Shown in pieces: positions 1 to 14,000 of a DNA stretch of 64,000 nucleotides. Source of the stretch: Lingula anatina (lineage: Eukaryota; Animalia; Brachiopoda). The notes beneath the pieces are model-generated. The model was given only the letters and a program-made list of their open reading frames with translations. It ran no database searches and was not told the origin of the DNA. The stretch covers positions 4,336,587 through 4,400,586 of the forward strand of contig CM120648.1 of the NCBI GenBank assembly GCA_051362555.1. The letters run 5' to 3'. Each line of letters begins with the position of its first letter. Within the stretch, counting starts at the first letter, position 1. Position numbers and translations under genes: made by a program.

Positions 1-3000
1 GCCAAGATGGGAGCAAACCTGGTCTTGACAGCTCGCAGAGAGAATCTCTTGAAAGAGGTTCATAACATTTTTCACTTTTTTGAGCTGTACTTATCAATAT
101 TTGTCAAGAGCTAGGGGAAACACAGCGCAATTGTTTCTAGCCCTTATTAGTTTTCTAGTCCGTTGGAGTTTACACCAATCTTATACTTACATTCACCATA
201 AATTTTATAACTGATGATATGGTCTCTCCCGTTCAATCTCCAGTGATTTATTCATCTTTTTTAAAAGGTATTAATGTTATATGAATGTGTTTCAGCGCCT
301 TCGGTGAAACTGACTTAAATAGCTACAGACTAATGGCACACGTATGCCTATCTAAGTTGGCCACTAATCCACCTTCCTTACACTGATAAAAAACTTCTCA
401 CAAATTACTTTCATGTGTGCAAAGTTTGGTCACTGTAGCTGTCAAATCCTTTTAAAGTGTTACCTTATGGACCTATATTATTATATTTTAAAATATTTTT
501 TTAGGTTATAGAAAAATGTAAGAAGCTGTCTCCGAACCCAACCGCTAGTCATGCCTATATAGTCGCTGACATGAAAGAGCTGGAGAAGACAAAGGAAGTT
601 ATAAAGGTGACCAAGAAACATGACTATCTGTATAGACCCCGCTTCATGACTGTTACATAGCCACTGTATAACGGTGAGATTGTAATGAAATAAAACTTGA
701 TACCGAGCTGTGATTTTTTGTAAAGAAAATGTAAAATGCGCTAGATCACTCTTTGCGCAACGTAAGGACTTCATGCACACTGATGGGCAAATTTTTGTAT
801 CAGTTAGGAATATTAAAAGGCATGAGGGGGGATTTTTACAACAAACTGAACATGCAAATATAATTTCTTCATCGGGTGTGGTGCGTGGGATGTGGCATTA
901 CACAAAAAATAAAGATCATACTGTCGAAAAATGGAACCTTGAAAATATACTTTGGTGCCGCCATTGGAAGAATTGGAAAAGGATATATTCAAAACTTCTC
1001 CCTGGCTGTTATTAGTAAATATATGATCTAGTACATATTCAATACAGTAATTTGATGGGTGGAAAGCCAACAGAACTCATGCAGTGATCGATCACAATAA
1101 GAGAGCATTTTTTTTTCGAAAATTGACACAAGAAAACAATTTAATCCATCCTGGTAATGAATAATCAATAGCAATGCGTAGTAGGGCTGTCAAGATTTCT
1201 CACTCATGAAAACAGCAATGACGATGACGAGAGATTTTTTTTAAAATTAAATTTTTATAGCGACCCTCCTGTTTTTCCAGTTTAGTGTGGACAGTCTGAA
1301 AGGTCTGGACATCCTGGTGCTTAACCATGCCAGGATACCAAAAATGTTCGACATGTGGTTTGGGAGCCAACAGAACCTGACAGATCTGGCAACGGACATG
1401 GACATCAACTTCAGAGCATACGTGCATCTCGCTTCACACGCACTTCCACACTTATTGAAGAGCAAAGGGAGGATTGCATTTGTTTCTTCTGTCGCAGGTG
1501 CCCTTTTTCCTGTTTTAAACTGTGACTTGAGAATTTATCGAATGGTATTTAACCATACACTTTGTCCAGGATATTCACTTTCGTCCCTTGACCTCATCAA
1601 AAAGTCTGATATTTATATCAGACTTATCAGATATATGCTCCTCTAGCAAAAAAAAAAAAAAATTGTCAACCCTAATTAAAGCGATACAGAAGGTCGTGTC
1701 ATAAACCAATGTTTTTATTCAGCTTCTAAAAGGACTTTTATCACAGAAGAGTGTTTTGTATAGTGTTGTAGTATTTCTATGGCCACCCTGCTAGGTCGAT
1801 GATCTACAACTCACGTCCCCAGTTTACAAGATGATGGGTGGCCTAGTTGTTATGCACTATTTAAAGCAATGGTAAGGGTGACACTTTTTTTTGCTAGGGG
1901 AGTATATTATCACACAGACAAGACTGCATTGTGGCTCTGAACTTGTGTTTTAGAAGATTTTCAGAGATTTCTGATAACTTAAAATTACCTCTCATCTATC
2001 GATCAACATGCACCTTCGCTGGTTGAAATCCTTTTGCGGCGATTTCATGGATAGGCCTATTTTATTCCAGAAAAGATCCCGATACCTGGGGTGGCAGTGT
2101 ACACTGCATCAAAGCACGCAATGCAAGGGTTCTTTGGCGTACTAAGACAAGAGATGGTGATGAGAAACACAGGCGTATCTATCACATCGTGCATGGTGGC
2201 CGGAACCGGTAAGAAAATGTAGCACCCATAGCATCTATTATTATAATTAAATTTCAAATGACACGGGGAAACCCCATGCAATTGAGCTCTCGGATGTTAT
2301 GGACAGTTGCATAAATGCGTGTGTTACGGTACCTCACAAACATCCCCACATACGTAAAGTATATGTACTTAAACATGTTCGACCGTCATAGGAGCGGATC
2401 CTGGATTATTTGAAGGGGGGGGGGGTACACTGATTCGAAGCCGACCACCCCAGCTTGGCGTGGGGTTCGGGCCCGATGAAGGGCCCCGAAAATTGTTGGC
2501 GTTTTAGAGGGCGAAGGGTATGGAACGCCGTTTGTACACAAATGATGAAAGTATCATTTTGACAAGAAAAAATTTTTGCGAGGTGCTAACATCATTTTGA
2601 CATCGTCACTTTCATCATTTTGATAAAAATTTGTATTATGTAAGTCGTTTTCATTATTTTGACATAGTCGGTTCTTTCATTTTGAGAGAATATTATTTTC
2701 TACAAAGTCGTTTTATCATTTTGAGATGTCGAGTTTATTGTTTAGAGATACCGATATGCTTTGCGCGAGATGACGCAAAACCAGTAACTCGAAAGCATCG
2801 CACATTGCGACCGAGCGCAAGCGTCTCGATTCCATAACTCGCCCATACTCGTCCCATATAATACACTGTAACCTCTATGTGATATCGCTATTCGCAATAC
2901 GCGATGCTTTCGAGTTACGGGGCCCAGGGATCCTCTCATAACGAACTCCAAAAATCAGATTTCCCATTTAATTGTTTTCATAAACTCATGTCTGTAACCC

Positions 3001-3440
3001 ACCATAAGAGCAAGAAAACTCTGGAATGATAATCCAGTTAATTTATTCTGGAAAAGCGACAGTAACCGTACTTAAACGAATTCGTTGGCCTTCAATATAC
3101 ACAACTTTAAACAATAACCGTTATTATTATTTTTTTTCGGAAAACGTCGGAATAATTAAACGTTATTTTTTATGAAAACGTCGGAATTATACAATCTCTA
3201 TAAATCATTTCAGGAACAGAACAAGTGATGGAAAATTTACAGGAATCAGAAGGGGAAACTTCAATGGACTTTCACCTCGCAGATCCAACAGTTGTTGCCT
3301 TGGAGATCGTCCAGGCAACTGTTGCTAGGCGGTACGAAGTGTACACAAGTTCCGATATATTGACATCAATACTGGTATTTCTAGGGAAAATATCACCAGA
3401 ATTAGCTGACCAACTTACTATGAAAGCATTTTTTGGATAA
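1..3440 (+). CDS. HSD11B1L: 11-beta-hydroxysteroid dehydrogenase 1-like SDR, copy 1 (5' partial). Exons <1-57, 505-606, 1281-1497, 2071-2208, 3214-3440
   Basis: GT-AG exons join in frame: ...[41 protein letters not shown], catalytic [14 protein letters not shown]; same exon structure as the three complete copies downstream. Confidence 0.85.
2784..2918. repeat. Inverted repeat / MITE-like fragment inside a copy-1-specific intronic insertion (~2390-2940)
   Basis: gtaactcgaaagcatcgcacattgcga pairs imperfectly with tcgcaatacgcgatgctttcgagttac; segment absent from the homologous intron of copies 2 and 3. Confidence 0.55.
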
Positions 3441-4495
3441 AATATCAATGACTGATAAAGATGTATTAGGAATTAACTGAAAATGTAAAAAAAAAATTAT
3501 GAAATAATTCATCTCTTGTCTGAAATGTATTCTGGGTAATGTCATTATGATATTTGTGTCGGACAGATTCGATTTTCTAGAATTTTATTCATACAAAGTC
3601 GACTTACTATAACAGCAACAACAACAACAAGAACAACAACAACAACAGCAATAATAATAATAATAATAACAATAATAACAATTTGATGCACTCCCCTTCG
3701 GATACGCTTAACTTCTTTTAAAACAAGCCCCATAACTTGTTATTCCATGTGCAAAAGCCTAGCACCAAGCTGGATTTTTTTTAAAAATCAACATATCTCG
3801 TATCCTCGTGTATATTGCAAAATGTTTGAAAAAAGGTAAAGCGGCAAGACCGCTCCGTTCTTGGAGGTCAAAGAAGACCCGTAGTTAATACACAATCAAG
3901 ATAGTTGTCACAACTAATACAACGGGTGAGAAAGAGGTCATATTCAGCAATCGCATCCCAGCCTACAGCTGCCATCAAGTAATTATTATTTGCTGATCTT
4001 TTTTTATATTCTCTATTGAAAAAAAATTGGAGCAACTTCAATTAATTTTCACATCAAATTTTGCGTATTACTAGATCTCCTGCCAGCAATGTTGTCGCAA
4101 TGCGCAACAGAAAGATTCGCGACGTGGAGCATAAAGACGTTGCCTAAGTAGGGCCTACCAGTGATTGCTTTGGCGATCGTCCAGACAACTGTTACTAAGA
4201 TTATTATTTTGTCGTGTGATAATATCCATTGCACATAAATTGCCCACATTATTATTAAATATTTAAAAAAATGGTTACTTAAAAACACAACGTGAATTGC
4301 TTATTATTGTCATTTGCCCTTTTCTATTGGTGGTGAATTCCCCGTCAAATTCAACACTTCTTTGCTTTTCTTGACTGACCCAAATTTAAGTGATAACAGA
4401 CACTAATAAAATACTTCGACTGTATCAGACAGTGTCGCTTGAATTTACTTCGTCTCTGAAGATTGTGACTGTGACCACGATATCTAGGACTGAAC

Positions 4496-5310
4496 ATGGG
4501 ATACGGACTGAAAAAGTTGTCCTTGGCGCTCTCTGCCATGGTCATAGCATATTTACTTATGTACAGTGGAACCAAGTTTGATCCAGGTATGTGACTGTGT
4601 AACAGGAATGGAAGTCCGCTAGGAACCGTTGTCTGCCCCCAGTTACTTTGTACAGGTGACATTCGTGCTATATACTAACCCCAATACTCCAACCAACCCT
4701 AACCTGTATTAATCATATGGGACCCCGGACTTCCATTCCTAGGACTTTATTCATGTTACACGGTTCCTTTTTTTTCTATTTATGATTTTTTTTACCCCCA
4801 TACTTCACGCTAACCATATAACCTGTATGAAGGGTGGAGTCTTTGTTACACTGTCCTTTAATTTTGTCTTAACACCGATGGGGATGACAACTGGTGAACT
4901 GATGAAAGGCAAATTGTTTGGTTCTTGCCTTTGCCAGTTCCCTGACAGACGGTAAACCGATTCTCTTCACTGGGTGTACATCGAGTCTAGATCCAAACTT
5001 TTCTTCTTTTTCCATATCTCCTTACGTGACCTGACCATAACGGATAAAGATATTGACATAAACACCCCTGAATTAGGTCGCACAATGGCACGTTCGGCTT
5101 CCCCCTCACCAGGTCACGGAGAGGATTATTTTACAAGATATTCACAGATATTTCTTTGACTATTCTTAGAATGTTTCTGTACTGCGATTTTTTTGGGTAA
5201 ATTTGATCATGTTTGTCGCCAAAGGATTTGCAACATCCACGGATCTCTGAACAGCCTTCCGTTCATATTATTTCGTCTATGACTATATTGATAATAATAC
5301 AGAAAATAAC

Positions 5311-5381
<71 letters not shown>

Positions 5382-8300
5382 CGTTTTGATAATTGCTATA
5401 CAAAACCAATCTATTATCCAGCCGACGTCCAAGACAAGAAAGTTCTGATAACAGGAGCATCGTCTGGGATTGGAAAACAGATGGCGTACCATTTTGCCAA
5501 GATGGGAGCAAACCTGGTCTTGACAGCTCGCAGAGAGAATCTTTTGAAAGAGGTTCAAAACGTTTTCACTTTCTTTAAGTTGTATTTATCAATATTTGTC
5601 AAGACCTATGGGAAACGCAGCGCAAGTGTTTCTAGCCCTTAGTAGTTTTCTAGTCCTTTGGAGTTTACACCAATCCTTACATCCACCATAAAGTTTACAA
5701 CTGATGATATGGTCACTCCCGTCCCAGTGATTTATTCACCCTTTAAAAAAAGTATTTTAAAATGTTATATGGAAATGTTTCGGCGCTTTCGGTAAAATTG
5801 ACTTAAATAGCCAAAGACGAAATGCACTCTGCTAAAATTTTTTCACAAATTATTTTAATGTGACCAAAATTCGGTCATTGTAGCTGTAAAATATTTGCAA
5901 ATTGTAATTTTATGGACGTATTATATCATATTTTCAAATATTTTTTTTTAGGTTATAGAAAAATGTAAGCAGCTGTCTCCGAACCCAAACGCTAATCATG
6001 CTTATATAGTTGCTGACATGAAAGAGCTGCAGAAGACAAAAGATGTTATAAAGGTGAGCAAGAAGAATAGGTATCTGTATACAGTTCCCGCTTAATGGCT
6101 GCCACATAACAATGAAATTGTAATGAAAGAGACCTTGAAACCGAGCTGTGATTTGTAAAAAAAAATTTGATCTAATACATATTCAATACAATAATTTGAA
6201 TGAGTGGAAAGTTAACAGAACTCATGCAGTGATCGATCACAATTATCTTTGTTTTTGTTTTTGTTTTGTTTTTTGCGAAAATTGACACAATAAAACAATT
6301 TAATTCATCCTGGAGAAGAATAATCAATAGCAATGCGTAGGGTTTTCAAGATTGCTCACTCATGAAAACATGCATGGTTAGCGATGACGAGAAGTACTGA
6401 CGTGTTTCCATCTGTGTCCGATTAGATTGCATAGGGAAGGACTGACTTCTGATGGACTTATGGAGAGCAAAATGCTAACATCTAATAAAAACCACTTTGA
6501 AATTCTTTTTTCTTCTAAATTCTTTGGGTCAGCTGCACTTTCCTCCCCCCGGTTCAATATAACCCTAATGTACCTCCTGTGACCTCCTGTATTTCCAGTT
6601 TAGTGTGGACGCTTTAAAGGGTCTGGACATCTTGGTGCTTAACCATGCCAGGTTACCAACAACTTTCAAATTGTGGTTTGGGAGCCAACAGAACCTGACA
6701 GATCTGGCAACGGACATGGACATCAACTTCAGAGCCTACGTACATCTCGCCTCGCACGCACTTCCACACTTAATGAAGAGCAAAGGGAGGATTGCATTTG
6801 TTTCTTCTGTAGCAGGTGCAAGTTTGGCCTTTTTTACTGTGAATTGAGTATTTATCGAGTAGTACTTAACAATGCACTTTGTCTAAGAAGTTCACAGTCC
6901 TTGACATCATCAAAAAGTCTGATACATACATCACTAAATATACTTTCCTAGCAAAAAGGTGCCAACCCTAATGAAATGCTTAAAGCGATACAGAAAATCA
7001 AGCCATAAACCGATGTTTTTATTCAGCTTCTAAAATGATTTTTGGCAGAATTTCACTGATTTTATTGATGAATATGCTAACGATAGTAAAAAAATCAAAG
7101 CCACATTTTTCGTGCAGTGTGGAGTATTTCTATGGTCACTCTGCTAGGTTAATTGATCTACAAATTCCGTCTACAGCTTACAAGATGATCGGTTGCCTGC
7201 TTGTTATGCACTGTTTAAATCTATGGTTACCCTTGTAGCAATGTACATAATCACGGTAGGGGTGACACTTTTTTAGCTAGGGGAGTATATTATCACACAG
7301 ACAAGACTGCATTGCGGCTCTGGCCTCGAGTTTTAGAAGATTTTCAAAGATTTCTAGTAACTTACCTCTCATCTATCGATCAGCATGTACCTTCGTTGGT
7401 GGAAATCCTTTTGCGGCGATTTCATGCATAGGTCTTGCTATTTTATTCCAGAAAAGATCCCGTTCCCTGGGGTGGCAGTGTACACTGCATCAAAGCACGC
7501 AATGCAAGGGTTCTTTGGCGTACTAAGACAAGAGATGGCGATGAGGAACACAGGCGTATCTGTCACATCGTGCATGGTGGCCGGGACCGGTAAGAAATTT
7601 AGCACCCATAGCATCTATTATTATGTAACTTATAAAGTTATAAATGGCACGGGAAATTAACCCCTTACAATCGAGCTCTCGGATGTAAGGGACAATTGCA
7701 TAAATGCGTGTTACGTAACCATAAAAACGATTCTACATACGTATATGTTTATTAACATGTTCTACCGTCACCAGTTTTTCATCAAATTCCTTGTAGAGAT
7801 ACCTGTTAGTGGTTAATCAACATATTCAAACGTTACTGAAATTCACCTTCCTATATAAACAGCATCCTTTGGTCTCTGAAACACATGATGACAGTTGGGT
7901 TGAAAAAAAAAGAGTAAAAAATGAGCTCGGTGAACTTACAACAATGGTTTTAGAAAAAGTCGGAAAAACTCCCAAAATCAGATTTCCCACTTAATTCTTT
8001 GAATAAAATCATGTCTGTAACCCACCATTAGAGCAAGAAAAATTTGGAATGATAATCCAGTTAATTTATTCTGGAAAAGCGACAGTAACCGTATCTAAAC
8101 GAATTCGTCCACCTTCAATACACACAACTTTAAACATTAAACGTTAAATTTTTAATGAAAACGTCGGAATTATGCTAACTCTACAAATCATTTCAGGAAC
8201 AGAACACGTGAGGGAATATTTACAGGGATTCGAAGAGGAAGCTTTCAAGGAATTTCACCTCGCGGATCCAACAGTTGTTGCCTTGGAGATCGTCCAGGCA

Positions 8301-8423
8301 ACTGTTGCTAGGCAGTACGAAGTATACACAAGTTCCGATATAATGACATCAATACTGGTATTTCTAGGGAAAATATCGCCAGTATTAGCTGACCAACTTT
8401 CTCTGAAAGCAATTTTTGGATAA
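4496..8423 (+). CDS. HSD11B1L: 11-beta-HSD1-like SDR, copy 2. Exons 4496-4586, 5422-5552, 5952-6053, 6599-6815, 7452-7589, 8197-8423
   Basis: N-terminal hydrophobic anchor [23 protein letters not shown], Rossmann motif [25 protein letters not shown]; all junctions GT-AG and in phase. Confidence 0.9.
5314..5378. repeat. (TA)n microsatellite
   Basis: Directly visible TA run. Confidence 0.95.
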
Positions 8424-9152
8424 TATCAGTGACTGATAAAGATGTATTAGGAATTAACTGAAAATATATAAAGAATTATATAATTATACATCACTTGTCT
8501 GAAATGTATTCTGGGTGATGTCATTATATGATATTTGTGTCTGACAGAATTTTCTAGAAATCTTTTCATACGAAGTCGACTTACTATAACAGCAACAACA
8601 ACAGCAACAATAATAATAATAATAAAATAATAATAATAATAATAATTTTTGTTGATTTTATTATTGGGGTAGGCCCCTACCACTCGCAAAGATGCACCCC
8701 CCCCCCCCTACTTTTAAAACAAGCCTCATAACTTGTTATTCCATGTGCAAATGCCTAGCACCAAGCTGGATTTTTTTTTTATGAAAAACAAGATTTCTCG
8801 GATTCTCGTGTATATCGCAATATGTTAGAAAAAAGGTAAAGCGGCAAGACCGCTCCGCTCTTTGGAGGTCAAGGAAGACCCGTAGTTAATACGCAATCAA
8901 GATAGTTGTCACAACTTACGCATCGGGTGAGAAAGAGGTCATATTCAGCAATCGCATCCCAGGCTACAGCAGCCATCAAGTGATTATTATTTGCTGATCT
9001 TTTTTAATATTCTCTATTGAAAAAATTTTGGAGCAACTTCAATCATTTTTACATCAAATTCCGTGTAATGCTAGATCTCCTGCCAGCAATGCTGTCGCAA
9101 TGTGCAACAGAAAGTTTCGCGACGTCGCAGTGGAGCATAAAGACGTTACTTA

Positions 9153-10697
9153 TAACCCGGCCACACCTACACGACGCAGGGTCGGCGCACGGCCGACGCG
9201 CTAAACAAATTTGGCAATTTTGGCCAGTGCGCTGTTATGCGTCTGCATTCGTCAAACGCGTCGGGCGACAGTTATGCATTCGTTTTTATTCGCTCTTGTG
9301 CGTCTGAGTTTTTGTGCATGCACAAAAAATGTGCGTTCAGCTCGACGCATGAATTTACACGTCAAAAGGTCGCTCGGGATTCGCAGAGGCAGCTGGACCA
9401 GCGTCAATCAGACGTTGCATAAACGCTAGTTGTTCGTTTCAAATTCGTTGACTTCGGCGTAGCGAGCACACAGCATGCTTCCAACGCATGTTTAGCGAAC
9501 CTGCAACGACTATAAACGGGTGCTAATCGAATCTCTAACGAATAAGAACGAACGTTGAACGACTCTATAGCGCAGCCAACGTTATTGTAGCGCGCCTCTT
9601 TCGTGTTCCTAGCGTGTCCAGAGCAAGTGTGTCCCGAGCCTATCGTGTATCCATGGTGTATGCATAAATGGGTCCTCTGTATCCGCATCACTTGCACTCC
9701 ACCAAGTCTGTGACATCAGGAGCATTCTGGCGAACCGTTTCAAGGTTCTACTTAGGACAATGCAACAGAAGCCCAAGACCATTAAAACGTAATAGCACGC
9801 ATCATCTTCCACAACCTTAGGAGGATCCGGCATCCGCGAATGCAGAACCAGCAGCTTGACGTTGCCGAGAACCTGGGTCAAGAGTTTGCTCGTGGTGAGT
9901 GGTGAAATGACCAATATCTAGAGGACACCCGCATCGTCACTGGCAGCAACACGTCCAGAAGGGAAAATACAGAGAAATCATCTGAAGCCGGATCTGTTCC
10001 ATGGCAAGACCACCTCTTGCTTCCCTTTGAAATGATCATTTAAACATAGACTAAATAAGACATGAAATGCTACACAGTGGTGCTGAATACATTATGTACA
10101 TGTGATGTTACTGTAATTAAAGTCCCAATCAGGGTAAAATTTGTTCTTTTAGATGGTCTTATTTTCAGTATTTTTATAACTCAATTTTTACCAAAATAAT
10201 CTAAAAACAATGCTCGGTTATAATTGAAATCAATTACATTGACAGTGTAAATCATGTTAATGCTTCTCTTTATTGTTTTGCTGTTTAATATCACCTTTCC
10301 AATGAATAAAACGATAAATGTGTATCGAAGAAAATAAACTTCACTGGTTGCTTTTAACATAATCTGCAGTTTTTATATAAAGAGAACGAGTCACGTGATT
10401 GCTGCTGACTGAGGAACGCTATCTGTTCGCTTAATGCGTGCAGAATGCGGGGGTCATTCGTTCCTTGCGCCAAAAACCCGTTGTGCATTGTTGGATTTTT
10501 TTTACGCGTGCGTTCTATATTCGATCTTCATGCGCAAATTATACGCAAAATACGCAAACAAGACGTTATGTATTCGCTATTAACTCGCAATTTTTCTGGC
10601 AAATTCTGTCAAAAGTTGGACGCACGACAGAGCATTTGGCTTATTTTCATGCGCAATGCATACGTACCTCGTGCGTTCTGTAGGTGTGACCGGGCCG
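9153..10697 (+). mobile_element. Internally deleted PIF/Harbinger DNA transposon with a decayed transposase C-terminal fragment (~9720-10010)
   Basis: Termini taacccggccacacctaca / tgtaggtgtgaccgggccg; TTA at 9150-9152 and 10698-10700; empty site visible in the paralogous spacer at ~4140; translated pieces ILANRFKVLLRTMQQKP...IIFHNL...GSVPWQD resemble Harbinger/HARBI1 DDE C-termini, with frameshifts and a stop. Confidence 0.85.
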
Positions 10698-11066
10698 TTA
10701 AGTACAAGGGGTTGCTTTGGATATCGTCCAGACAACTGCTGCTAAGATTATTATTTTGTAGTTTTACGCTTGTCTGAAGAAATTTGATAATATCATGCCA
10801 TTGTGCATAAATTGTGCATAATATTATGAAATACTTTAAAATGATTACTTCAAAACATTATGTGAATTGCTCAGGATTGTCATTTGCCCTTTTCTATTAG
10901 TGGTGAATTCCCCGCCAAATTCAACACTTCTTTGCTTTTCTTGACTGACCCAAATTTAAGTGATAGCAGACACTATTAAAATACTTCGACTGTATCAGAC
11001 AGTGTTAGCTAGTATTTACTTCGTCTCTGAAGATTCTGACTGTGACCACGATATCTAGGCCTGATC

Positions 11067-14000
11067 ATGGGATACGGACTGAAAAAGTTGTCCATGGCGC
11101 TCTCTGCCGTGGTCATAGCATATTTACTTATGTACAGTGGAACCAAGTTTGATCCAGGTAGGTGGTAACAGGAATGGAAGTCCGCTAGGAACCGTAGTCT
11201 GCCCCAGTTACTTTGTACAGGTGACATTATTTCTATATACTAACCGCAATACTTGGACTAACCCTTACCTGAACTTATCATGTATGGGAGCCCGGTATTC
11301 CAATCCTAGGACGTCAATTCTAGTTACTCGGTCCCTTTTTTTATTTTTACATCACGCTCTCACAAACTTCACGCTAACCCTATAACCTGTAAGAATCTAA
11401 TAAAGGGCGGACTCTTTGTTACACCGTCCCTTAACTGTTTGTCTTAACACCGATGGGGATAACAACTGGGGAATTAATGAAAGGCAAATTGTTTGGTTCT
11501 TGCCAGTTCCCTGACAGACGGTACACCGATTCTGTATCTCTTCACTGGGTGTACATCGAGTCTAGATCCAAACTTTTCTTCTTTTTCCATATGTCCTTAC
11601 GTGACCTGACCATAACGGATAAATATATTGACATAAACACCCTTGAATTAGGTCGCACAATGGCACGCTCGGCTTCCCCCTTACCAGGTCACAGAGAGGA
11701 TTATTTTACTAGGTATCCACAGATATTTCTCCGACTGTTCTTCGAATGTTTCTGTACTGTGCACTGTTTATGTAAAAATCATCATTATCCAATTTGGTCA
11801 TGTTTGTCACCAGGGGTTTTGTAACAAGGATCTCTGAACAGTCTTCCGTTTCGGTCATGTTCTTTCGTCTATGACTATGACTATGATAAAAAAGTGAAGA
11901 AAATAACAATAAATAAATAATCGTAGGCTTATATATCCACACATATAGGGCCTAATAATAAAAAGCTGTATAGTTATCATTTGTCTTTGTTTATTGTTAT
12001 CACTCATTTAACATATATGTAGACAGGTACACATAGAGATAAAGTTTTCTCCGAATTGTCAGAAAACCCTTCGCTTCCCCCCTCCTCCAAAAATAAAAAT
12101 TAATAAAAACTTACTGGACTTATTTTAAGGAACAGACTTAGTGAAGAATTAAACGAGGATGGGATAAAGAGGGCGGCTGGGAACATTAGCCTGTTCCCCA
12201 TGACTACGCAGGTGAGGTGAGGTGAGGTGAGGTGAGGTGACAATTCGTCCCATAGGCCCTATACTTACCCCAATACTCTGAATAACCCTGACCTATAGCC
12301 TACTAATCATATGGTACTCCAGACTTTCATTCCTGTAACTACCATTCCTGTCACATCGGGTTTAGAGTTGAAGGGAGATTTGTGGAAAATATGTTATAAA
12401 TATTGTTAGAGTGCAAGAATTTAGTAAACATGATAGAATGCAAGCACAGACGCGTTTTGTTAATTCCTTTCTAAACCAATCCGTTTTCCAGCCGACGTCC
12501 AAGACAAGAAAGTTCTGATAACAGGAGCATCGTCTGGAATTGGAAAACAGATGGCGTACCACTTTGCCAAGATGGGAGCAAACCTGGTCTTGACTGCTCG
12601 CAGAGAGCATCTCTTGAAAGAGGTTCAAACCGGGCTTCATTTTGGTTGCCTTTGGGGTTTACAGCAATCTTATAAGACTATATATACTAAAGATATATGA
12701 TTTTGTTTCAGCGCCTTCGGTGAAAAATAAACACGTATGTAAATCAATGTTGGCCACTAAGCCATCTGCCTTACAATGATTTAAAAAACTTCTTACAAAT
12801 CACTTTAATGTGAGCAAAACTTAGTCATTATAGCTGTAAAATATTTGCAAAATATTTGTTACTTTATGAACATATTTAGTAATATTTTCAAATATTTCTT
12901 TTTAGGTTATAGAAAAATGTAAGCAGCTGTCTCCGAACCCAAACGCTAATCATGCCTATATAGTCGCTGACATGAAAGAGCTGCAGAAGACAAAGGAAGT
13001 TATAAAGGTGAGCAAGAAGCATATAATTAACTGTATAGACCCCGCTTCATGATTGCCGCATAGCCATAGTATAACGATGAGATCGTAATGAAATAAAACT
13101 TGATACCGAGCTGAGATTTGTAACAAACTGTAAAATGCGCTTGATCACTCTTTGCGTAACTTAAGCCTAGATTACATTTTATATGAGATGCCCATACGGT
13201 GCAGGTTTTCTGTCCGTAATACCGAAATGTAGACATACGTAGCCCGTAGCTTCTTACGATTTAAAAAAAATCGTACGGACAATTTCATCGCACGGCGCCC
13301 GTGTAAATGTACAGTAATCTAGGCTTTAAAGACTTCGAGCTCACTGAGGGCAATTTTTTGTATCAGAGCTAGGAATATTAAAATTCATTATGGAGGATTT
13401 TTTACAACAAATTGGACTCCTGATGGGCTGATGAAGAAAAATATACTAACATCTAATAAAAACCACTTTGAAATTCTTTTCTAAATTTCTTTTTTTTTTC
13501 GTCAGCTGCACTTTCCTCCCCTAGTTCAATATGGCCTTAATGTACCTCCTGTGACCTCCTGTCTTTCCAGTTCAGTGTGGACACTTTTAAAGGTCTGGAC
13601 ATCTTGGTGCTTAACCATGCCAGGTTATCGACAACTTTCAAATTGTGGTTTGGGAGCCAACAGAACCTGACAGATCTGGCAATTGACATGGACATCAACT
13701 TCAGAGCCTACGTACATCTCGCCTCACACGCACTTCCACACTTAATGAAGAGCAAAGGGAGGATTGCATTTGTTTCTTCTGTAGCAGGTGCAAGTTTTTT
13801 CCTTTTAAACTGTGAATTGAGCATTTATCGAGTAGTACTTAACAATGCACTTTATCCAAGAAGTTCAGTCCTTGACATCGTCAAAAAGTCTGATACATAC
13901 ATCACGCTGTATACTTTCCTAGTAAAAAGGTGTCAACCCTAATGGAATGCATAAAGCGATACGTATAATCACGCCATAAACCGATGTTTTTATACAGCTT

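Noticed and set aside
5263-5558. ORFs with IYIYIY, VCVCVC or THTHTH runs (also ~23760-24590, ~39750-40180, ~59220-59465)
   Set aside because: Translations of TA and CA microsatellites, partly overlapping real exons
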